From the IMG/VR virus record IMGVR_UViG_3300020054_001201: a stretch of 64,000 nt of DNA. One strand, 5' to 3'. Positions within the stretch are counted from its first letter, which is position 1, and every line of letters starts with the position of its first letter. The DNA comes from an uncultured virus (IMG/VR IMGVR_UViG_3300020054_001201) (Duplodnaviria; Heunggongvirae; Uroviricota; Caudoviricetes). Below, one piece after another: positions 35,112-44,231 of this stretch. The notes beneath the pieces were generated by a model. The model was not told the DNA's origin. It ran no database searches and saw only the letters and a list, made by a program, of their open reading frames with translations. The position numbers and the translations under genes are program-made.

Positions 35112-36322
35112 TGGTAGGCGGTCCCGAAGGAAGCACAAGTGGATTGCGTTTCAACCCGCGTCAAAGCGCTGAGGAATTGGAAGACGATTCTTCGGTCGGG
35201 CGTGAAGACTCCGAAGAGCGTGCGCGCCACGACGCCAAAAAACGCGAAAAGCAAGAGAAGCGTGCAAAAATGATGCAAGGACTTCAACATATGAAAATCA
35301 AAATCCCTCAAAAAGACCCCGAAGACGAAGAGGATAGCCAAATGAAACAACAGGCCGAACTCGGCCAAATGACAGGACAGGTAGGTCAAAGTGAGGCTAT
35401 TGACGGGGCGAATCCGAACGCGAGTGGTCTTGGTGCAAACATCATGCTCTCCACCGACTACATTGACGAAGCATTTGAGATGATTCGCAAAAAGAGGGAT
35501 GCGCCTAAGTTTGATACTGACAGACCTCAAAAAACGACGACCATTGAAACTGTGCGCGCCCGCGACCGAGCCAAGACAGGAAAAAAGCGAAAGTCGCGCA
35601 AAAATATCACGCTTGAATCGGAGAAGCGTAAGCGACGAAGAAAAGGTAGCGGCGCACCTCTCAAGGCTGGAAATGTAAGGTCGCCTGCCGCAATGACCAG
35701 CATGGCTTCTGCGCGCGCAGGCTACATGATGTCACCCGGCTACACCTACCGTCAACGAACCGCGCCTCGCATATTGACCTCTTCAACAGGTCGTTCTCGC
35801 GCAAAACAGTCCTACCCCGACCCTCGCCAGCGTGAGGCTGAGGCAATGCGTCAGCAAGTTCGCCAATCACAACCAACGCAGGACATCACACCTCCTGTGC
35901 CGACCATCACACCGAAATCGCGTTTGACACGCGGCCCTCGTGGTCGCGGTCGTGCGAAACCGCACATGAAAGCATTGCGTCAGCCGAGAACTGCGGCAAC
36001 GCCAATGGGTCAAGAGATGACGGAAGAAACTTCGCTTGCTGATTCTATTCTCAGCAAAGGACGACAGAAAGTGAATCTTGGTATATCCGCGCGCGATAAG
36101 TTGGAATATCGCGCATTGATTGACAAACTCAACAAATTGTTACGCGATTTGATGCGAAAGAATGACAAATCAATGGATGGTGTTGACGGCCCCTCACCCA
36201 ATTCATCGGGCGGTTTGACTTCAAATCCAACGGGTGCGACGGAAACCGACCCCGACGATGATGCAACGCGATGGGGCGCGCACGCTTATGACCTCTATGT
36301 GAGCCGAGGTGGATTAGCGTGA
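35108..36322 (+). CDS. Disordered, K/R-rich protein (possible DNA-condensing core protein)
   Basis: Acidic N-terminus, then EAFEMIRK followed by a strongly basic region. Confidence 0.75.
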   Translation: MMVGGPEGSTSGLRFNPRQSAEELEDDSSVGREDSEERARHDAKKREKQEKRAKMMQGLQHMKIKIPQKDPEDEEDSQMKQQAELGQMTGQVGQSEAIDGANPNASGLGANIMLSTDYIDEAFEMIRKKRDAPKFDTDRPQKTTTIETVRARDRAKTGKKRKSRKNITLESEKRKRRRKGSGAPLKAGNVRSPAAMTSMASARAGYMMSPGYTYRQRTAPRILTSSTGRSRAKQSYPDPRQREAEAMRQQVRQSQPTQDITPPVPTITPKSRLTRGPRGRGRAKPHMKALRQPRTAATPMGQEMTEETSLADSILSKGRQKVNLGISARDKLEYRALIDKLNKLLRDLMRKNDKSMDGVDGPSPNSSGGLTSNPTGATETDPDDDATRWGAHAYDLYVSRGGLA

Positions 36323-38097
36323 GCGACCTTATCCTCAAGGGCAAGGGCGTTTACTACATGGATAAAGACGGTGTTATGCACCCCATGTCGTTCCCTCCCG
36401 AACATTCACCGCACGACAAAATGTCGCATTTTTACATCAACTCAATGACGGGCGAGCCGTTCGCTGAAATCCCACCTCACCTTCGTCAGTTCCCTAAAGA
36501 AAAAGCCGCGATGATTTTAGCAAATGAAATCATGAAGGGTGGCTACATTGATGAGAACGGTGTTCGTCGCAAACCTACAACCGAGGGCAACGCGTTGAAA
36601 ATGGCGAAGGAGATTTTCAACTCGGCGGCTATGCGCTTCAACAAAATCAAGCGCGATAACGGCGATGATTTTCACACCGTCCCTATTCCTTTTGACGAGA
36701 ACGGCAGATTGCACCCCGACTACATGAACAACCACTACGGTTCGCATCAGTCTCGCCGTGTTCCTACCGCGCAACGACAGACGCGCACAGAAGACGGGAA
36801 ACTTATCAACAATCACGCGAACAACAAAGCGCACCCAACGCTCGGTGTTCACCTTGAATCGGCGGCGTTTCACACACACAAAGAGTTCCTTGACGAAGTT
36901 GAAAAGCGCGGCATTGACACTCAATTGGGTGCGAAACAGAATGTGATTGAACCTCAGCAAATCACAAACGGTGTCACGCGTCGCTATTCTTCAAACGAAA
37001 AAGACCCTACATCCAAAGAAAACAACACCTTCCCATCGCACTACGATGAGCAACATGCACAAGCCGCCGCTTACGGAAAAATATCACCAATGTCAATTGT
37101 TAGCGCTTTGGCTGAACGCGCACCCGATTTGTTCAACCCGTCTGCAAAGGGGGGTATGTCCACCTCAGCAATGAACCACTTCATGGACATGGGATACGAC
37201 CAACCAACCGCTCGTTCAATGGCTCGCGCGCCAATCAATCAGTTGCTTTACGGTCGCGGTCAAGACGGCTCGGAAACAGGGTTGCGCATCGTCATGGCAA
37301 ACATGTCAGAGGCTATCGGCATCGCCGAGAATCCCGACATTCAAAACGCCTACCGCAACCACAGAAGTCATTTCTCAAAAGAAATACGCGGTGGTGACCG
37401 AGGGCGAAACGAAGCCGCAGTTGAGTTGATGGCGATGCTCAAGACCGCAGAGGAAATGGGCATAGAGCCTCAAGCCTATTCAAGGATGAGCGCACCCCCA
37501 CCGACCGTTGCTGAAAATTACATCAACATTGCTTCGCAACAAGCACGACAAATTGACTTTGATGCGCTCGGTAGTGCCGATGAAATGCACGATATGCGCG
37601 GCAAAGTCAACAACAACTACGAACACCTTCACGATTCGTTCCCGCCGCACCTTAGCGGTGGAAGCATCGGTGCAGTTCAGCAAGACGCTGACCCAATTTT
37701 ACCCCCTCAAGAACCCATCACAACTTTACCCGAAGACAATCAAAGCCAAGTGCCGCTTGAGGGTGACCCGTTTGCAGGCTTCGGTGGTTCGGCTGGATTT
37801 AGCGGTTTCAACCCCGACGATATGCAATTGTCCGATGACGACCCGATGGGTGTCATCGCGAATATCATGGAGCGCGTGCAGTTGCACGACGCTGGTGGCT
37901 CATTGCTTACCAAATATGACCCAATGGATGCTTACGACATGCAACGATTGAGCAAGGAAGTTGGCGTGTCATCAATTGATGTTCGCGCGATTGCTATGTC
38001 GCTCGGAGATTGGGGTGTGATTGCGAAATCTTTTAACACGACGCGCGATGTGGTTCGCGTTATCAAGAGGTCCTGCGGAGGTGCAGTCAATGGTTGA
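36319..38097 (+). CDS. Hypothetical protein (592 aa), probable virion protein
   Basis: GTG start overlapping the upstream stop; begins SDLILKG. Confidence 0.8.
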   Translation: MSDLILKGKGVYYMDKDGVMHPMSFPPEHSPHDKMSHFYINSMTGEPFAEIPPHLRQFPKEKAAMILANEIMKGGYIDENGVRRKPTTEGNALKMAKEIFNSAAMRFNKIKRDNGDDFHTVPIPFDENGRLHPDYMNNHYGSHQSRRVPTAQRQTRTEDGKLINNHANNKAHPTLGVHLESAAFHTHKEFLDEVEKRGIDTQLGAKQNVIEPQQITNGVTRRYSSNEKDPTSKENNTFPSHYDEQHAQAAAYGKISPMSIVSALAERAPDLFNPSAKGGMSTSAMNHFMDMGYDQPTARSMARAPINQLLYGRGQDGSETGLRIVMANMSEAIGIAENPDIQNAYRNHRSHFSKEIRGGDRGRNEAAVELMAMLKTAEEMGIEPQAYSRMSAPPPTVAENYINIASQQARQIDFDALGSADEMHDMRGKVNNNYEHLHDSFPPHLSGGSIGAVQQDADPILPPQEPITTLPEDNQSQVPLEGDPFAGFGGSAGFSGFNPDDMQLSDDDPMGVIANIMERVQLHDAGGSLLTKYDPMDAYDMQRLSKEVGVSSIDVRAIAMSLGDWGVIAKSFNTTRDVVRVIKRSCGGAVNG

Positions 38098-39715
38098 ATT
38101 GTGGGAAATTGAATGGAACAGTAGCATGATTCAGCATGGCGCTGACATGGGAACGATGGAGTTTATTTTCGCAAAAGGCGGAACTCTTCGCGATTTTAAT
38201 TATGTTTTACTTAATCAAAACGACGACACATGGGAGCCGCTCATCAAGGCTGTCGCTGAACGCGACAACTCCCACCCCGACATTATTCTCAAGAATGTTG
38301 CACCTTACGGCGTTGACCGAAACTTCCGACCCGCTATTCCTGCTCAAGTCGGAGGTGTTGAGACTGCCGTAGGAAATAAAAAGCAAATGAGAAACTTGCT
38401 TGGTGCGCAACGAGTCATGGATTCGCAAGCCAACATAAATGCCGCGCAAGCCGCAGGTCAAGCGCCGCGAGGTCGTGATATAGCCAACACAGGTCGGCGC
38501 ATGGCTGGATTTGCTCAAGGCGCTCGCAACATTGCAAGCGATGCGCGTTCTGTCGTCGGCCCTGCCGCCTCCGCGACTGCTGGTGCAATCATGAGTGGCG
38601 GTCAAGCGGCTGGTCGTGGTCTTGCGGCTGGTGCAGGTATGGCTGGTCGTGGTCTTGCGGCTGGCGCACAACGCGCTGGTCAAGGTATTGCGGCTGGTGC
38701 AGGCGCAACGAAAGACTTCCTCGCGCGAAAGTTTCCCGGTGTCAAACAACGCATGGGTCAATTCATGCAAGGCGTAGGCGATACCGCGCGACATGGAATG
38801 GAAGCGACCTTTGGAGCGAAAGACCCAAGAACGGGTAAGCGAAGCGGTGGCTTCTTTGAAAACAGAGCATTGCGACAGGGTGCAAAAACTGACCTTGACC
38901 AACGACAAACAGGGACGGCTAATGCTCTTGAACGACAAAAACAACGCGCTTCGCAAGGCGCTGACCCTGCAAAACGCGCTGAATTGATGAGTGAATACCA
39001 AACGGATTTCAACGCTAACGAAGAGGCAAAGCAAAAATTGCAAGCAGATATTGATGAGCGAGGTAAATACGCTGGCTTCGGTGGACTCCGAAGAAAAATC
39101 CGAGAGTTGGGCGATGCGCGTCGTGGTGTAAATCAACCCGACCCCGCCGCTCTTTCTGCGGCTGAGGGCGTTGAGGAATCAATGGAAGAGGGTCCAGCCG
39201 AACAAGCGATGGCTGATGAAACTCCCGTTGACGACTTGGTTGACGAGCCAACTCGGAACATGCCGAAGCCCGAAGCGGGAAAGCCTCAACCTGTTGACGA
39301 CTTGGTTGACGATGAAGCGCCTCCGATGACTCGCGGTCAAGAACTCGCAATGGGCGCTCTAAGAGCGGCGAAGTATTCCGGTGCGGAAAATGACCCTTCA
39401 ACATATCGCGGCTCAACACAGACGCAATACGGGAATGTAAGCGGTTTTGATTTTGACAACATGAGTCGTGAGGACTTGCAAGGTAAGTTTAGAATGCACA
39501 TCCCTAAACAAAAGGCGATGTTTGACCACCTCGTTAATGAGTTGGGTCTTTCGCCTGCGGAAGCCGCGAAGGAAGTTGAGACGACTGAGGTTCAAGTTCC
39601 CGACGACGACCTCGTGGACGACGAGGATGACCTCACGGACGACATTTTGGTTTCAGCAGAACGACTTGAAGTCAAAGGGTGGGATGCGCTCTTGAAGCAA
39701 TTGAATGTTCGGTGA
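38090..39715 (+). CDS. A/G-rich protein with 11-aa amphipathic repeats and DDLVD motifs; possible ejection/membrane-interacting virion protein
   Basis: GGAGGTG RBS; GRGLAAGA repeats with a 33-bp period at 38608 and 38641. Confidence 0.75.
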   Translation: MVELWEIEWNSSMIQHGADMGTMEFIFAKGGTLRDFNYVLLNQNDDTWEPLIKAVAERDNSHPDIILKNVAPYGVDRNFRPAIPAQVGGVETAVGNKKQMRNLLGAQRVMDSQANINAAQAAGQAPRGRDIANTGRRMAGFAQGARNIASDARSVVGPAASATAGAIMSGGQAAGRGLAAGAGMAGRGLAAGAQRAGQGIAAGAGATKDFLARKFPGVKQRMGQFMQGVGDTARHGMEATFGAKDPRTGKRSGGFFENRALRQGAKTDLDQRQTGTANALERQKQRASQGADPAKRAELMSEYQTDFNANEEAKQKLQADIDERGKYAGFGGLRRKIRELGDARRGVNQPDPAALSAAEGVEESMEEGPAEQAMADETPVDDLVDEPTRNMPKPEAGKPQPVDDLVDDEAPPMTRGQELAMGALRAAKYSGAENDPSTYRGSTQTQYGNVSGFDFDNMSREDLQGKFRMHIPKQKAMFDHLVNELGLSPAEAAKEVETTEVQVPDDDLVDDEDDLTDDILVSAERLEVKGWDALLKQLNVR

Positions 39716-39721
39716 TGATGT

Positions 39722-41122
39722 GTGGAAGCGCTCTCCCTTGAAGCGATAGAGGAAATTGACTTTGAGGTAGCGAAGCGCGACTTCAAGTTTTTCTTTGAAG
39801 AGATTCTTGGGTTTCAACTTTCCCGTCATCACGAGCAATGGTATAACAACCTTGAATCGCGTAAGCGATATTGTGTTAAAGCCGCGCGTGACCACGGTAA
39901 GTCAACGCTGTTCCTCGGTTACATGCTTTGGAAAACGGCATTCAACCCGAAGACAAAAGCCGTGTTGATTTCGCACAGTCTGCATCAGTCCATCCACCAC
40001 ATGCGCACACTCAACGATTTGATTGACAGCGTTCCTTTTCTCGCGAAAATGAAGAAACCCGATTCGTGGTCCAAAACTTTCTTTGGTTTCACCAACGGTT
40101 CAAACATCAGCGCGAAATCAGTTGGTGGTGCTATCCGTGGTATTCACCCCGACCTCATTCTTTGTGACGACATTTTGTGGGGAACGACGGATACCGAACT
40201 CGCTCGCGTTGCTTCGTGGTTCTACGAAGTCCTCGTGCCGACGCTTCACCACACCTCCAAACTAATGATTGTCGGCACACCGTTTACACCAACTGACCTT
40301 TACACCGAACTTGAATCGCGCGAAGGGTATCTCGTTGAAACCTACCCCGCCATCAACACCAAAGGTGAGGCTCTTTGGCCGGAGCGTTGGGACTTGGAGT
40401 CGCTTGATGCTCGTCGTAATGACATGCCAGCCATTGCGTTTGCGCGCGAATATCTATGTGAACCAATGGACGATGTAAGCAGTCTGTTCCCATCCACCAT
40501 TCTCCAAGCCGCGAAAGACACATCACTCAAGTTGATTGAGCGCGAAGTGGGCGACCCCGACGACCAATACTTCATCGGTTGGGACCCCGCTATTTCATCC
40601 GACCGCTCGGCTGACTACACCGTGATGGTGGTGCTTCGTCGCCCATCCACCAATCCCGAACTGCTTGAGTTGGTTCACGCCATTCGTAAGAAGAACATGG
40701 ACTTCCGCACACAAATCACCGAGATTCAACGACTGAATGCAAAGTTCAATCCCGATGTCATTGAACTTGAGGCGAACAACTTCCAGCGTGTTTTCGCAAC
40801 TGAGTTGCGCGCGGACACCGACCTCCCCATCAAGACCTTTATTTCCACACGCCAACGCCGTGAGTCGCTTCTCATGGGTTTGGTGTTGCGCTTTGAGAAA
40901 GAGCAAATCCGTCTGCCGTGGGGTGATGACCGTTCTCGCACACTCATGTCCGAACTTGAGCGCGAACTGCTCATGTTCGGCATGAGCAAAAAAGGACGGC
41001 TTGACAGCATTGGTCGGCACGACGACTTCGCTATTGCGCTCGCATTAGCGCATTGGGCCACCACGGAGTTCCGCGAACGCATCGTGGACTTGGATGAAAT
41101 CATGGAGGGGTTGATAGATTGA
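39722..41122 (+). CDS. terL: Terminase large subunit
   Basis: Walker A AARDHGKS, Walker B LILCDD, IVGTP coupling motif, nuclease IGWDPA...SADYT, HDDFAIALALA. Confidence 0.95.
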   Translation: MEALSLEAIEEIDFEVAKRDFKFFFEEILGFQLSRHHEQWYNNLESRKRYCVKAARDHGKSTLFLGYMLWKTAFNPKTKAVLISHSLHQSIHHMRTLNDLIDSVPFLAKMKKPDSWSKTFFGFTNGSNISAKSVGGAIRGIHPDLILCDDILWGTTDTELARVASWFYEVLVPTLHHTSKLMIVGTPFTPTDLYTELESREGYLVETYPAINTKGEALWPERWDLESLDARRNDMPAIAFAREYLCEPMDDVSSLFPSTILQAAKDTSLKLIEREVGDPDDQYFIGWDPAISSDRSADYTVMVVLRRPSTNPELLELVHAIRKKNMDFRTQITEIQRLNAKFNPDVIELEANNFQRVFATELRADTDLPIKTFISTRQRRESLLMGLVLRFEKEQIRLPWGDDRSRTLMSELERELLMFGMSKKGRLDSIGRHDDFAIALALAHWATTEFRERIVDLDEIMEGLID

Positions 41123-41152
41123 TTTATCCTTTCAGCGAATGGGGTTTTTGAG

Positions 41153-41335
41153 ATGAGTTGCGAATGTGATTTGTGTGTAGGAACCAATGCCGCGTTCGGG
41201 TATCTTGAAAAAAAATTGTGTCCGGCAGGTAAAGCCGCCGCGAAAAAGAAGTTCAAAGTGTATCCAAGCGCGTATGCGAATGGATGGGCTGTTCAATACT
41301 GTCGTGGTAAGTTTAGGGGGAAGAAAAAGAAATGA
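41153..41335 (+). CDS. Small basic protein (AKKKFKVYPSAYANG motif seen in marine phages)
   Basis: Recognisable motif; ATGA coupling with the next gene. Confidence 0.7.
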   Translation: MSCECDLCVGTNAAFGYLEKKLCPAGKAAAKKKFKVYPSAYANGWAVQYCRGKFRGKKKK

Positions 41336-41793
41336 CGGTTGAGAAGAACTTGAACCGTTGGTTCAAGGAGAAGTGGGTGGATGTTTCGCGCACAGGTAAG
41401 GATGGTAAGCATCCTCCGTGTGGCCGAAGCAAAGCCAACACTTCCAGCAAGGGTTACCCGAAGTGTCGCCCATCCGTCAAGGTTTCAAGTAAGACCCCCA
41501 AGACCAGCGGCTCTATGTCAGCAGGTCAAAAGCGCGCGGCTACCAAACGCAAGCGTAGCAAAAAGCAGGGTGTAGGCGGAAAGCCCACTATCGTTAAAGC
41601 GATGAACGATGCGTGGGTGTTCATGAAGGGGCGCAACGACCGTGGAGACTATCCACCATGCCCTACGGGTAAGCCGGGGTATGAAGACCAGCGAGAAGCG
41701 CAAGCCGACGCGAAATATCAATCGCAACAATCGGGACGACCGATTTCAACATACCCATGCGTATGCGGGTATTACCATTTGACAAGTAGGTGA
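41332..41793 (+). CDS. Basic protein (LNRWFKEKWVD...CGR...YPKCRP domain) plus a second domain after AMNDAWVFMK
   Basis: Domain pattern common in marine phages and giant viruses; C-terminal CPTGK..Y...YPCVCGYYHLTS. Confidence 0.75.
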   Translation: MTVEKNLNRWFKEKWVDVSRTGKDGKHPPCGRSKANTSSKGYPKCRPSVKVSSKTPKTSGSMSAGQKRAATKRKRSKKQGVGGKPTIVKAMNDAWVFMKGRNDRGDYPPCPTGKPGYEDQREAQADAKYQSQQSGRPISTYPCVCGYYHLTSR

Positions 41794-41797
41794 TGAC

Positions 41798-42673
41798 ATG
41801 ACAGAATACGAATACATTATGCACGAGCCAATCACCGCCGAAGAGTTGGCGGTAGTGAATGACAATTGGTGGATTTTTCTTAAAGGAAACGCTAACTCAC
41901 GGGGAGAACCCGAAATGGGGGGTTTTAAGGGCGTTCCCGATACGGGTGGAACATTACACCCCGCATTGAGTCGTTTTGGCGCATTTTCACACCCTGTTTC
42001 GGAAAACAGAACAGACAAAGCACACATCAAGTGGGACCCATACATGAGTGGTATGGACCCCAAACTGCAACAACAAGTCTATGACAAACAAAACTCGCGT
42101 GCTGTTTTTGGTCGCGCGCCTCGTCCCGATGCGGGGGAGGTGATGGGTTTAGAGCAAGGTTTCAACAATCCAACCCTTTCAAGAGGACAGAAAATGCGAG
42201 CAAATCTTGCGAACAAATTGGCTCAAACACCTCAAAGAGATGCCTTTAAGTTACTTCCCGAATATGACCCAAACAGTTTGATGGTGCGACCGGAGTTTGA
42301 CCCTGTTATACAACAGCAAAAACAGCAAGGTTATCCTATCAACACAAGTGAACCCATGCCTCACGCTTGGAGTGAACTGCTCAAAGAAAGTAAGCGCGAC
42401 CCGCGCCTTGAGCGCGCGGGTGTGGAAGGCTACAACAAGCCCAAGCGCACCCCTAACCATCCCAAGAAGTCCCACATCGTGGTGGCTCGGTCGGGTGGAA
42501 AGACCAAGACGATTCGCTTTGGTGAACAGGGTGCGAGCGTTGCTGGTAAACCAAAGGCTGGTGAATCCGCGCGGATGAAAGCAAAGCGTAAGTCATTCAA
42601 GTCGCGACACCGAAAGAACATAGCGCGTGGTCCGATGAGTGCCGCATATTGGGCGGATAAGGAGAAGTGGTGA
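41798..42673 (+). CDS. Multi-segment protein with C-terminal basic domain (GYNKPKRTP...IRFG..RKSFKSRH...SAAYWADK)
   Basis: GGTGA RBS; two WxxxLK motifs separate the segments. Confidence 0.8.
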   Translation: MTEYEYIMHEPITAEELAVVNDNWWIFLKGNANSRGEPEMGGFKGVPDTGGTLHPALSRFGAFSHPVSENRTDKAHIKWDPYMSGMDPKLQQQVYDKQNSRAVFGRAPRPDAGEVMGLEQGFNNPTLSRGQKMRANLANKLAQTPQRDAFKLLPEYDPNSLMVRPEFDPVIQQQKQQGYPINTSEPMPHAWSELLKESKRDPRLERAGVEGYNKPKRTPNHPKKSHIVVARSGGKTKTIRFGEQGASVAGKPKAGESARMKAKRKSFKSRHRKNIARGPMSAAYWADKEKW

Positions 42674-42840
42674 TGCCGAGTAAGCACTATGATGTTTTCA
42701 AGCACCGCGTGAGGCAGAAAATGCCGAAGCGCATTCGTTATGCAACGGTGTGTCGTAGGTGTAAAAAAGCGACAACCCAATCCGATAGATGCTTAACATG
42801 TCAAATTGATTTCGCAACATGGTGGGGGCGAGCGTATTGA
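42673..42840 (+). CDS. Small Zn-finger protein, 55 aa (MPSKHYDVFKHRVRQK...CRRC...CLTC)
   Basis: Read by hand; TGATG coupling and two CxxC pairs. Confidence 0.55.
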   Translation: MPSKHYDVFKHRVRQKMPKRIRYATVCRRCKKATTQSDRCLTCQIDFATWWGRAY

Positions 42841-44231
42841 TTGATTTAAACACAATTGATGATATGCTTCTTTATCATCCTCTACTCAAGACGGATATTC
42901 GCGGCGCATCATTTGGTGACGCACCTGCACCTATCTCGCAAGGTGAAGGTCAACTCAACGCTAACCCTACACCTCCGCGCCCTAACGAAGTTGAGGAAGA
43001 AAAAGAAAAGAAAGAGATGGCTCGCGAAGTTGCGCAACAACTCAAGCGCGCTCTCCCCGACGGCGGTTGGTTTCAGTCTATGTTTGGGCGAGGTGCAGAA
43101 GAATTGGTTAAAGATTTGCGCATGGCTCGCCGCGTCAACAAAGGCATGAAAGACGCTATTGACCATGCTATTGAAGCCATACGCATTGCGAAGAAAGAAG
43201 AGGTAGAGGCCACACTTCAATCCATTGATTGGATAGACAAGCATCAATCAACCGTCCGTAATTTGGGCATTAGCGACCGTGATTTGCAGGCTCTCCGTAA
43301 ATACGGAGGGAGCAGAGAATACGCGCTTCGTCGTGCTTGTGTGCAATGGGAAAAAGCCAACGACATAATCAGCAAGTTGTTGTTGATTGAAGGAGACTTT
43401 GATGACGAGCAACGACAAATGTGGATTGACGCGCAAGAATTGAAAAAGAACTCAAAGAAAGAATGGCGTAACACGCTTCATTCAGTTGACAACATCAAAA
43501 AAACAGACGCCATTTTTTTGAGTAAGGCGCAGGCTATTCTTGAAGAACGAGGACCGTTACCCTCTAACGAGTTATGCGCCAGCATAGAGAAGGCTCGCAA
43601 TCTCTCAGCCAATCGTTTAAGCACGCTTCTCAAAATGCATGGTGTTGAATACGATATTGAGCGCGTGGGGGCAACATGGGGTATTGTCCGCGATGACACC
43701 GTAATTTTCAAGGATGTGTGGGCATACGCCGCAGGTTTTCTTGATGCTGACGGTTACATCACCATCACCAAGAGACTTGAGCCACGCGCAGGCTTCATCG
43801 CTACGGGTGAACGAGGTAAGTTGCATTGCGAACAGTTGCACAAAGCGCTTGGTTGCGGCGTGTTGCAAACTGATTTGAAAATCCACAAAAATAGTCGTCG
43901 CACTCAACACCGCCTTCAATTTTATTCCGAAGACGATTTGCGTAAATTGATGAAAGGTATTCGTCCTCACTTACGCATGAAAAAAGGTCAAGCGGGAGCA
44001 GTTCTTGAATTGCTTGATTTGCGCGGCAGAAAAAGCGACATTGTGAAATCTCGTCGCGATGATTTGTTTCGCATCGTCAAATGGTTGAATTGGAAGGATG
44101 TTCCCGACAAGCGCGAAGAACTTCTTAAGGAGTGGAACATTGATGAAGCGGGAGTGCATGCGCTATTCAGTCGGGATGGTGAAACCCTTCGTCTTCTTGA
44201 CGACGCTAACCGACTTGTGGAGATGATTTAA
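42819..44231 (+). CDS. Protein with a helical N-terminal region and a C-terminal LAGLIDADG endonuclease domain
   Basis: YAAGFLDADGYITI motif; LRKLMKGIRPHLRMKKGQA is typical of LAGLIDADG. Confidence 0.8.
   Translation: MVGASVLIDLNTIDDMLLYHPLLKTDIRGASFGDAPAPISQGEGQLNANPTPPRPNEVEEEKEKKEMAREVAQQLKRALPDGGWFQSMFGRGAEELVKDLRMARRVNKGMKDAIDHAIEAIRIAKKEEVEATLQSIDWIDKHQSTVRNLGISDRDLQALRKYGGSREYALRRACVQWEKANDIISKLLLIEGDFDDEQRQMWIDAQELKKNSKKEWRNTLHSVDNIKKTDAIFLSKAQAILEERGPLPSNELCASIEKARNLSANRLSTLLKMHGVEYDIERVGATWGIVRDDTVIFKDVWAYAAGFLDADGYITITKRLEPRAGFIATGERGKLHCEQLHKALGCGVLQTDLKIHKNSRRTQHRLQFYSEDDLRKLMKGIRPHLRMKKGQAGAVLELLDLRGRKSDIVKSRRDDLFRIVKWLNWKDVPDKREELLKEWNIDEAGVHALFSRDGETLRLLDDANRLVEMI

Noticed and set aside
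43700..44231. Intein-associated LAGLIDADG
   Set aside because: No Cys/Ser start block or His-Asn end; the domain runs to the protein C-terminus.
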